The notes under the pieces were generated by a model that saw nothing but the letters and a program-made list of their open reading frames with translations, had not been told where the DNA came from and made no database searches. 64,000 bases of DNA from Candidatus Zixiibacteriota bacterium (GTDB lineage: Bacteria > UBP14 > UBA6098). This document shows, piece by piece, positions 54,083 to 61,977 of the stretch. The stretch spans positions 2,212-66,211 of the forward strand of contig DSAF01000158.1 of NCBI GenBank assembly GCA_011388305.1, read 5' to 3'. How positions within the stretch are numbered: position 1 is the stretch's first letter; each line of letters begins with the position of its first letter. Position numbers and translations under genes: made by a program.

Positions 54083-55363
54083 CTATAACCTCGGGGAAAT
54101 CTCCTCTTGCCCGTGCATATACGGCCTCAACGCGCGGGGAATTTGCACCGTCCCTCGGGCGGTTTGATACGATTCCCATATCGCGACTAAGAGCCTCGGG
54201 AGTGCCACGCCGCTTGCGTTTAGCGTGTGGACGAACTGCACCTGTCCGCCGCTTTCCGGGCGGAAGCGAATGTTCGCTCTCCGCGACTGGAAATCGAGGA
54301 AGTTGCTACAGCTGGATACCTCGAGCCACCTGCCTTCGCCGGGCGCCCAAAGCTCGATGTCATAGACCTTTGCCGACGCGAATGACATGTCGCCCGTCGC
54401 CAGAAGGACGACGCGGTAGTGAAGTTCGAGCGCCTGAAGGACTTTCTCGGCCTGCGCGAGAAGCGACTCGTGTTCCTCCCACGATTTATCGGGATGCGAG
54501 AACTTGACAAGCTCGACCTTGTCGAACTGGTGAACGCGGAGAAGCCCGCGTGTATCTGCACCGTATGAGCCGGCCTCCCTTCGGAAATTGGCCGTGTATC
54601 CCGCGTAGTATATCGGGAGGTTCTCCTCGCGGAGCATTTCGCCGGCGTGGAGATTGGTGATTGGCACCTCGGCGGTGGGGATGAGGAAGAGGTCTTCCTC
54701 GGGGAAGTGATACATGTCGCCTTCGAGCTTAGGGATTTGCGCGGTGCCGGTCATCGCTTGCCTGTTCGCGAGGAACGGGGGCGCGATTTCGAGAAAGCCC
54801 GATTCGCGGTGAATATCCAGCATCATCGCGATAAGGGCGCGGGACATGCGGGCGCCATCGCCGGCGAGGAGCGAGAAGCCGCTACCGGCGACTTTCGCGC
54901 CAAGTTCCATATCGAGCATGCCGAGCATGTCGCCGAGATCGATATGGTCGCGCGGCTCGAAATCGAACTTCGGCGGACTTCCCCACTCGCGGAGAATCAC
55001 ATTTGCCGAAGCATCGCCCACGGGGACGTCATCCGCGGGGATGTTCGGGACTTTGATAAGCAATGCCGACCATCGTGTCTCGGCTTCGCGCTGTTTTTCC
55101 TCGAGGGCTTTCACGCTGTCGGAGAGGGCTTTGGCCTCGGCCTTGAGTTTTTCGGCCAGCTCGCGGTCTCCGCCGGCGAACGCCGCGCCGACTTGCGAGG
55201 ACAATTCTTTTTGCCGATGGCGAAGCTCGTCGCCCTCGGCCTGAAGCGCGCGCCGCTCGGCATCGGCAGTGAGGATTTCGTCAACCACATCTGGCTCGTT
55301 TTTGTTGGCGCAGGCTGATTTTACTAACTCGGGATTTTCTCGAATGATGTTAATGTCTATCAT
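54083..55363 (-). CDS. serS: seryl-tRNA synthetase
   Basis: N-terminal coiled-coil arm and the class II catalytic core. The SerS match covers all 426 aa. Confidence 0.9.
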   Translation of the reverse strand: MIDINIIRENPELVKSACANKNEPDVVDEILTADAERRALQAEGDELRHRQKELSSQVGAAFAGGDRELAEKLKAEAKALSDSVKALEEKQREAETRWSALLIKVPNIPADDVPVGDASANVILREWGSPPKFDFEPRDHIDLGDMLGMLDMELGAKVAGSGFSLLAGDGARMSRALIAMMLDIHRESGFLEIAPPFLANRQAMTGTAQIPKLEGDMYHFPEEDLFLIPTAEVPITNLHAGEMLREENLPIYYAGYTANFRREAGSYGADTRGLLRVHQFDKVELVKFSHPDKSWEEHESLLAQAEKVLQALELHYRVVLLATGDMSFASAKVYDIELWAPGEGRWLEVSSCSNFLDFQSRRANIRFRPESGGQVQFVHTLNASGVALPRLLVAIWESYQTARGTVQIPRALRPYMHGQEEISPRL

Positions 55364-55364
55364 A

Positions 55365-55474
55365 GTTGGGTTTTGGGTTATGGGTTTTGGGTTTTGGGTT
55401 TTGGGTTATGGGTGATTGGGAAAAGGCTAAGGGTTAAAGGTTAAGGGTTAAGGGTAAATGGGTCATGGGTTTGG
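55365..55474 (+). repeat. telomere-like G-rich minisatellite: (GGGTTTT/GGGTTAT)x7 followed by (GGGTTAA)-type units; 14 G3 tracts in 110 nt
   Basis: Direct reading gives GGGTTTTGGGTTATGGGTTTTGGGTTTTGGGTTTTGGGTTATGGGTGATTGGG...AAGGGTTAAAGGGTTAAGGGTTAAGGGTAAATGGGTCATGGG. It fills the whole interval between the stop of the 55475-56305 gene and the serS ATG. Confidence 0.85.
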
Positions 55475-56305
55475 TCATTTTTTTACAGTGAAACGAAATG
55501 CGCAGAACGGCGCGGTCGTGTTTTCCACGCGAAATTCGACGATGTTCTCGCCTTTGGGGAGTTCGATGTCAAAGCGCCGCGCCCTCGCAGGAATAACGCT
55601 CGGCTCGTTCTCGAAAATAGCTGTCTCGGAGATAGACGCGCGGAGCCTCGTGCGCGTCTCCGTTCCGTCCGCCCTCCTAACAACGACGGTGTAATTCTGC
55701 GCGCCCTTCATCGTCTTGTCGAAAGCGAGCCTCGTCCATACGGTTAGCATCCCCGCGCCATTATATTTGATGGTGACCGCCTTCTTGCCTTTGCCGGTGT
55801 AGTAAGTCGAACGGGTGTCCCCAACTACAAGCGCAAGCGCCTTGTCATATCGTTCGGGCGTAATGCGCGATGGGCTTCGCGGGATAGCGATTAGCCGCGC
55901 AAAAAGCTCGCCGTCGGTGGTCATCTTCAGCTCGCGCTTGCCGCGCTCCAGCTTGATTTTCAGTATTTTCGCCTGAGTGACCGGCACGGGCTTGGCCTTG
56001 CCAACCTCCATGCGGTATTTCTTCGATGGCCTCTCCGAGAAAGTGAAGCGCTTGAACTCCGCGCCATCGATGTGGAGAACAAAATCTGCGGACTTGCCCG
56101 CCTCGGCGCGAACATATAGGTGCACATATCCCGGGCCTTCGGCCGTCCACTCAATTGGGGTTTTGGCTGTAAGTTGTGAATATGAGTATCGTCCGTCGCC
56201 GCCGATAAGCCTGCACTGTGTGCCGGCCCTCTTCGGCTGAATCAACTGCGCAGTCGCCGTGAAGGCGAGCGCAAATATCGCACCGACGATGATTGTCTTC
56301 CGCAT
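55475..56305 (-). CDS. hypothetical secreted protein
   Basis: 276 aa with a signal peptide (MRKTIIVGAIFALAFTATAQ). Lys/Arg-rich; no family assigned. Confidence 0.55.
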   Translation of the reverse strand: MRKTIIVGAIFALAFTATAQLIQPKRAGTQCRLIGGDGRYSYSQLTAKTPIEWTAEGPGYVHLYVRAEAGKSADFVLHIDGAEFKRFTFSERPSKKYRMEVGKAKPVPVTQAKILKIKLERGKRELKMTTDGELFARLIAIPRSPSRITPERYDKALALVVGDTRSTYYTGKGKKAVTIKYNGAGMLTVWTRLAFDKTMKGAQNYTVVVRRADGTETRTRLRASISETAIFENEPSVIPARARRFDIELPKGENIVEFRVENTTAPFCAFRFTVKK

Positions 56306-56385
56306 CTTTCCTCCGAAAAAATGACATCACTATATGATAGGCCGAAGTCCTGCCTATGTCAAACAGCTAATTTCGCTTTCAGCCC

Positions 56386-56522
56386 GCAGGGGGGCGTCGG
56401 CGGCCGTGAACGGCCAGCGAAGTAGTCGGGGCAGAATCGTCGCTTTGTGCAAAAAATCTCCCCCGACTACTTCGCTCTCACCTGCGATTTGTTAAATCGC
56501 AGGTGAGGCCGACGCCCCCCCC
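56386..56522 (+). repeat. copy 3 of the structured intergenic repeat
   Basis: GGGGGGCGTCGGC / GGCCG-TGAA-CGGCC / GCGAAGTAGTCGGGG...CCCCGACTACTTCGC / CTCACCTGCGATTT-GTT-AAATCGCAGGTGAG / GCCGACGCCCCCC. Stems are kept by compensatory substitutions relative to copy 1. Confidence 0.8.
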
Positions 56523-56544
56523 GTTTGCACGCGCGAAAATCGAA

Positions 56545-57894
56545 TTAAATCTCGCCGTATTCTTCAAGCTTGCGGTAGAGCGTTCTCAGGCCTATGCCGA
56601 GAATTTCGGCGGCGCGCTTCTTATCGCCATCGCACTCTTCGAGCGTCTCGAGAATGGCAGTGCGCTCCAAATCGCGAATCGGAATGCCCCCGAGCTTGCC
56701 GCTATCGAACGAGCGCTCGACTCGAATCGTCTCGGGGACATTCGACAGCACCGGCTCCGGGCTGAAAATCGCCATCTGCTCGAGCGCGTGCTTTAACTCG
56801 CGGATGTTTCCCGGCCATTTATATTCCATGAAGACCTCCATCGCCTCCTCGGAGAGGGCCTCGAGCTTGCGGTTGAGTTGCACCGAGAGGCGGTTGAGAA
56901 AGAACTCCACGAGGCGCGGAATGTCCTCTTTGCGCTCGCGAAGCGGCGGTAGGTCTATTGTGACAACGCGCAACCGATACAGCAAATCCTGACGGAATTC
57001 GCCTTTGCGGACGGCTTCGTCGAGGTCGCGGTTAGTCGATGAGACGACGCGCAAATCGAGCTGTTTCGAGCCTCTTCCGCCGAGGCGCTCGACCGTGGAG
57101 TTCTCGAGCACACGAAGAAGTTTCGGCTGAAGCCTCAACGGGACATCGCCAATCTCATCGAGGACGATAGTTCCGCCGGATGACTGCTCGAATTTGCCCG
57201 GCCTGCTGTCGGTGGCACCTGTGAAAGCGCCCTTTTCATGGCCGAAAAGCTCGCTCTCCATGAGTGTCTCCGGTATCGCCGAGCAGTTAACCTTGACCAG
57301 CGGGCCTTCCGCACGCGATGACACCTTGTGAATCGCGTCGGCGACCAGCTCTTTGCCGGTGCCGCTTTCGCCGGTGATGAGCACCGTTGTGTCAATCGGC
57401 GCGACGGCCTTGACTTGCTCGAAAACTTTGACGATGGCCGGAGATTCCCCCACGATGCCCATCCACGCGCCCTCACCACGAAGCGCCGACTCGAGTTCCT
57501 TCTGCCGACGAATCATGTGCGACACCTCGAGAGCCTTGTCGGCCAACGCGCGGAGACGGCGTATATCGACGGGCTTCGTGAGATAGTCGTATGCGCCCTT
57601 CTTCATCGCCTCGATTGCCGTATCGACGGAGCCGTGGCCGGTGACGAGGATTACCTCCGCCGGCGACTCGGCGGTTCGCGCCATTTCGAGAAGGTCGATG
57701 CCGCCGATAGTCCCCGGAAGCATGAGGTCGGCAATGAGGAGGTCGATGTCGAGCTTCTCGAAGAGCTTTTTGGCCTGTTCGCCGGTCTGGGCGGTATGTA
57801 TAATTCGGTCTTCGGTTTCGAGAACTTCGCTCAAAGTCTCGAGCTGAGCCGGTTCGTCGTCAACTACGAGCAGGTGATTCTTATTGTCTTGCAT
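56545..57894 (-). CDS. sigma-54-dependent response regulator (NtrC family: receiver, AAA+ and Fis-type HTH)
   Basis: Receiver Asp (DLLIADLMLPG), Walker A GESGTGKE, the GAFTGA motif and a C-terminal HTH. Confidence 0.9.
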   Translation of the reverse strand: MQDNKNHLLVVDDEPAQLETLSEVLETEDRIIHTAQTGEQAKKLFEKLDIDLLIADLMLPGTIGGIDLLEMARTAESPAEVILVTGHGSVDTAIEAMKKGAYDYLTKPVDIRRLRALADKALEVSHMIRRQKELESALRGEGAWMGIVGESPAIVKVFEQVKAVAPIDTTVLITGESGTGKELVADAIHKVSSRAEGPLVKVNCSAIPETLMESELFGHEKGAFTGATDSRPGKFEQSSGGTIVLDEIGDVPLRLQPKLLRVLENSTVERLGGRGSKQLDLRVVSSTNRDLDEAVRKGEFRQDLLYRLRVVTIDLPPLRERKEDIPRLVEFFLNRLSVQLNRKLEALSEEAMEVFMEYKWPGNIRELKHALEQMAIFSPEPVLSNVPETIRVERSFDSGKLGGIPIRDLERTAILETLEECDGDKKRAAEILGIGLRTLYRKLEEYGEI

Positions 57895-57920
57895 GGCCTC
57901 TTCTGGTTATGTGATTATCT

Positions 57921-59192
57921 TCATCTTGGCAATGATACCGTGAAAGTCGTCCCCACACCGGGCTTGCTCTCAACGCGAACGCTCCCGCCGTGGTCCATCG
58001 CGACGCGCCGGACAATCGCCAGCCCAACGCCGGTGCCGGTTTCTTTGTTTGTTGTGTATGGCTCGAAAATCCGCTCCATCTGCTTTTTCTCGATGCCGCA
58101 CCCCTCGTCGATTATAGCGACATGCACCCTCCGCGAAGTTTTGCTTATCGAAACGACTATATCGTCGCCGGACTGGCATGCATCGCGGGCGTTGAGAAGC
58201 AAGTTCAAAAAAAGTTGCCGAAGCTGTTCGGCATCGCCGCGAATCTCGGGGATTTCCTCCTTGACATCGATTCGAATGCGCATTCCCGCGCTCTCGAACT
58301 CCGGCCCGACGAACTCGGCGAGCCGCGTCAGGGCATCGACTATGTCCATCTTCGCGAGATTGAGTTTCGGCGGGCGCGCAAACCTCAGGAAGCTCGTCAA
58401 AATGCTGTCGAGGCGCATGACCTCCGAGCGGACACGCGAGAGCTTGAGGCGCGTCTTCTCGTCCTCACCGCCGAGCTTCTCGTCGAGAAGCTGAATGTTC
58501 ATGTTAATAGTATTCAAAGGGTTACGAATCTCGTGGGCGAGGCTTCCGGCGATTTCGCCTAAATATGCCAGCCGGCTCTGCCGCTCGATTTCCTGCCTAA
58601 GCCTTCGAACCCTCCGCACCATAAATCCGCCATAAGCGATTGCCACGGCTATCGCGCCCAGCGCGAGCGCAAACAGCACGCGCAGTAAATTCCCCGCGCG
58701 GTCGGTGACCTCGGCAAGCTCGGGCGTCAGTCCCTCCTGCGGAATCCCCGCGTGGAGCACTCTTCCGCCAGGCATGCCCACGGCGATGTCATAGACGGGG
58801 ATTCGCACGCCCGGGCCGGTCAGCACCAGCGGCTGAATGCCCTTGTCCTGAATCTTCCCGAGCGCAAGCGCCTGCGGGATGCCCATGTTGAAAACAACGC
58901 CGCCGTCGGCATCCGCGGCCACGATGTAGATGAACCCGTATTTCTCCATAATCGTGCGGATTCTCGCGCGGTCGTTGGGCGAAATGAATCCCTCGGCGAG
59001 GCGCTCGGCGATGAAATCCCCAAGCTCGCGCGTGTCGATTAGAGCATCATTGAGCGTCGCCTCGAGAAGCTTCTCGGAGAAATCCGACAAATAGAACTGG
59101 CTGATACCATAACCGCCGGCCACCACCGCGACGAACATCACCGCAGTCCGCATGGCTAAATGTATCACGCGCTTTCTGTCTTCGGGTATCAT
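57921..59192 (-). CDS. sensor histidine kinase (NtrB-like partner of the sigma-54 regulator)
   Basis: TM-anchored sensor, HisKA H-box (LAHEIRNPLNTI) and a HATPase_c domain (motifs DEGCGI, GTGVGL). Confidence 0.85.
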   Translation of the reverse strand: MIPEDRKRVIHLAMRTAVMFVAVVAGGYGISQFYLSDFSEKLLEATLNDALIDTRELGDFIAERLAEGFISPNDRARIRTIMEKYGFIYIVAADADGGVVFNMGIPQALALGKIQDKGIQPLVLTGPGVRIPVYDIAVGMPGGRVLHAGIPQEGLTPELAEVTDRAGNLLRVLFALALGAIAVAIAYGGFMVRRVRRLRQEIERQSRLAYLGEIAGSLAHEIRNPLNTINMNIQLLDEKLGGEDEKTRLKLSRVRSEVMRLDSILTSFLRFARPPKLNLAKMDIVDALTRLAEFVGPEFESAGMRIRIDVKEEIPEIRGDAEQLRQLFLNLLLNARDACQSGDDIVVSISKTSRRVHVAIIDEGCGIEKKQMERIFEPYTTNKETGTGVGLAIVRRVAMDHGGSVRVESKPGVGTTFTVSLPR

Positions 59193-59341
59193 CTGACCTT
59201 ACCTAAATATACATAGCTGTCAATTGTCGTTTAGTTGAACGGCTGTAAAGAGAAGAACATCTTTATGAGGAAGAGATTTCTCCTTCGCTATCGGCGTCGT
59301 CGTAATTACGGATAGCATATCGCTTCTAACTCTATGATTCA

Positions 59342-60967
59342 TCATACTTTGCCCAATATCGCATAGGCGATGTAAGAGATGTGTATCGCGATTCTCGACA
59401 AGTCGGAGATGAGATCGAGGTGAATCGCGCTCGTGTCGGCGGAAAATTTCACGCCGGCGTGGAGACGCTCGATGTGACTACGGTTGAGGCGTCTCTGCTC
59501 TTGGGCGATTTCCTTAGTTTCCTCGATAATCGCCTTCGCCATGTCCTTGTCCCGAAGGGCAATCAAATCGAGCGTATTGCAGAGTAGCTCGCGAACTTTG
59601 CAGTGGAAGCCTTGTATTTCGGCGATGCCCTGCTCGGAGAAGAAGTAGCCGTCATCGAGGCGCTTTTCCACGTATGTAGAGAGGTTTTTGCTGATTACAT
59701 CGGCGATATGCTCAAGCTCGAGTGTAATCGTGAGAAGCTCCATCTCTGTGCGGGATTCTTTCGTGGAAAGTTCCGAGCCGGTGAGCTGTGTGAGGTATTC
59801 GGTAATCGCCTCCTGCTCTATATCCACCAAGTCGTCCCGCGCTATGACCTCCTCCAGTAGCGCTCTGTCGGATTGGGCGAGGGCGATGTAAATGTCGTCC
59901 ATCATCGAGAGCACGATATCGCCCTGGCGGAGAATCTCGCGCGCCGCGCTTCCGAGCGCGATGGGCGGGTTGCTCGTGGCGTTCGGGTCGAGATATTTCG
60001 GCCTAAAGAGCTTCTCGGATGCGCCCGACGGCACCATCCTTTCGATAAGCTTCGCCAGAGGCCTGTTGAACGGCAGGAATAGAACGCCCGCCGTGAGCGC
60101 AAAGAGTGTATGAACATGCGCGATTCCCCTCGCGGGGTCGGCGGAGAGTGTCTCGGCGAGCGATGTGTATGCCCCTGCGAACAGGAAGACGACAATACCC
60201 GCCGTGGCGCGGACTATAAGCTCCGTCCACGCGATGCGCTTGCCGCGGGAGCTTCCGCCCGCGGAGCCGATGAACGCGATTCCGCAACTTCCAATATTCG
60301 CCCCGATGATGAACGGCAGTGCCGACGAGACATTCATGACGCCCGCGAACCCCAGCGTGAGCAATAGGCCGAGCGTCGCGGCGCTGGACTGGAACAGGAG
60401 CGTCATTCCCGCCGCTATCACCGCCGCGAAAAACGGCGTCCGCGCGAAAAACGCAATCGCATCCGGGAAGAAGTCCTCGCCCGTCAGCGGCTCCGTGCCC
60501 ATGGTAATGAGGTGCATGCCCAAAAACACCAACCCGAACGAGAAAATTGCACTGCCTATATCGCGAAGACGCTCGGCGCGTGTGATTCTCATTAGTATAA
60601 AGCCCGCGAGCAACATCGCCGGCGCCCACGCGTGGATTCTGAAAGCGAGAAGCTGAACCGTCAGCGTCGAGCCGACGCCCGCGCCGAGGATTATCCCCAC
60701 TGCGTTCGCCAGAAGTATAAGCCCGTTGTTCGAGAGCGCGACAATCATGAGCATAACCGCCGCCGAAGACTGAAGCGATAGCGCCACTACCAGCCCCAAC
60801 AGAAACCCGCGAATCCGGCTCGATGTCATCCGCGTGATGACCAGCCGAAGGCTCGCGCCCGCGAAATCCTCCAACGATTTTGTCAGCTTGCGGATGCCAT
60901 AGAGAAACAGCGCAACGCCGCCGAGGATTTCGAACAACAGTAGTGTTATGCTCTGCTCGTTTGTCAT
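59342..60967 (-). CDS. Na/Pi cotransporter family protein (NptA-like with C-terminal PhoU-like domains)
   Basis: Duplicated Na/Pi-cotransporter membrane repeats (LLGLVVALSLQSSAAVMLMIV...) plus a C-terminal PhoU-like helical domain. Length 541 aa. Confidence 0.8.
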   Translation of the reverse strand: MTNEQSITLLLFEILGGVALFLYGIRKLTKSLEDFAGASLRLVITRMTSSRIRGFLLGLVVALSLQSSAAVMLMIVALSNNGLILLANAVGIILGAGVGSTLTVQLLAFRIHAWAPAMLLAGFILMRITRAERLRDIGSAIFSFGLVFLGMHLITMGTEPLTGEDFFPDAIAFFARTPFFAAVIAAGMTLLFQSSAATLGLLLTLGFAGVMNVSSALPFIIGANIGSCGIAFIGSAGGSSRGKRIAWTELIVRATAGIVVFLFAGAYTSLAETLSADPARGIAHVHTLFALTAGVLFLPFNRPLAKLIERMVPSGASEKLFRPKYLDPNATSNPPIALGSAAREILRQGDIVLSMMDDIYIALAQSDRALLEEVIARDDLVDIEQEAITEYLTQLTGSELSTKESRTEMELLTITLELEHIADVISKNLSTYVEKRLDDGYFFSEQGIAEIQGFHCKVRELLCNTLDLIALRDKDMAKAIIEETKEIAQEQRRLNRSHIERLHAGVKFSADTSAIHLDLISDLSRIAIHISYIAYAILGKV

Positions 60968-61051
60968 TTTGACAATATGATATTGCTTTCGCGCGAATAA
61001 TCAAGCTTAAACTTTCGCGCGAGAGAGAAATGCGACGGATAGTTTTCGTTA

Positions 61052-61681
61052 TCAGGTAGTTCCGTAGTGGCGGTCGCCTGCGTCGCCGAGGCCGGGGCGG
61101 ATGTATGCGTTCTCGTCGAGGCGCTCATCCAGCGCGCCGAGGAAGACGGCCATGTCGGGGAATTCGGAGGTGAGGCGGCGGACGCCCTCCGGAGCGCCGA
61201 TAATCCCGCAGAAGACTATCCTGTCGGGATTGAGCGCGGAGAGGCGTTTTGCCGTGAAAATCGCGCTTCCGCCGGTGGCGAGCATGGGGTCGAGGATTAT
61301 CGCCGTCTTGCCGGAGAGGTCTTCGGGGAGCGAGTCGTAGTAGTAGTTTGGCTCGAAAGTCGCCTCGTCTCTTCGGACGCCGATGTGATGCACCGGTGCC
61401 GAGGGGATTAGCCTCAAGAATGCGCGCTCCATGCCCATTCCCGCGCGAAGTATCGGCACGCCCACGACATCTCGCTCGATGATGCGCCGGATATGCGCCG
61501 GCTCGAGCGGCGTATCGACGACGGCTTCCTCCGACGGTGCCAAATCCAATGCCCGTGCGATAAGTAGCGTCGCGAGCGTCTCGGTCCGCGCGACGAACTC
61601 GGCGGCGGATGTCCGCTTGTCGCGAAGAACGGACAGAAGGTGCGAAACGGCAAGCTCTTCCTGCAAAACGGTCGGCATCAT
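61052..61681 (-). CDS. upp: uracil phosphoribosyltransferase
   Basis: PRPP-binding motif (AIILDPMLATGGSAI) and UPRTase family similarity over 209 aa. Confidence 0.9.
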   Translation of the reverse strand: MMPTVLQEELAVSHLLSVLRDKRTSAAEFVARTETLATLLIARALDLAPSEEAVVDTPLEPAHIRRIIERDVVGVPILRAGMGMERAFLRLIPSAPVHHIGVRRDEATFEPNYYYDSLPEDLSGKTAIILDPMLATGGSAIFTAKRLSALNPDRIVFCGIIGAPEGVRRLTSEFPDMAVFLGALDERLDENAYIRPGLGDAGDRHYGTT

Positions 61682-61977
61682 GTTTCTCCTTTGCGGTTGT
61701 TTATGATAAAATATCGAGGAAGTCGCCCTAAGGCAAGGCGAATCTGCGTGCGCTTGAATTTTTTAGGACAAATCCGTTCCCGCACAAATAGCATCGTCCT
61801 ATTTCGATGAAGATGAGCCTGCGCAACCTCTTTGTTGACAACCTATTAGGCCACTTTCGAGACACAATTGGTGCAACATAACGGATGGGGTTTTTCGTCG
61901 GAATGCGGCCTCTACTGTGGTAATTGGGAGGCAAATCCATATATTAGGCGGATAAAATTGTTTGAAATGGAGCTTGT

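Noticed and set aside
55365-55474. G-rich heptamer tract considered as a CRISPR array or a true telomere
   Set aside because: The units are contiguous 7-mers with no spacers, so it is not a CRISPR array. It is embedded between two ordinary bacterial genes on a contig with bacterial gene density, so it is not a chromosome end. It is kept as a G4-forming minisatellite instead.
57328-58494. 388-aa plus-strand ORF across the sigma-54 regulator / kinase junction
   Set aside because: Antisense to two well-supported genes. No motifs.
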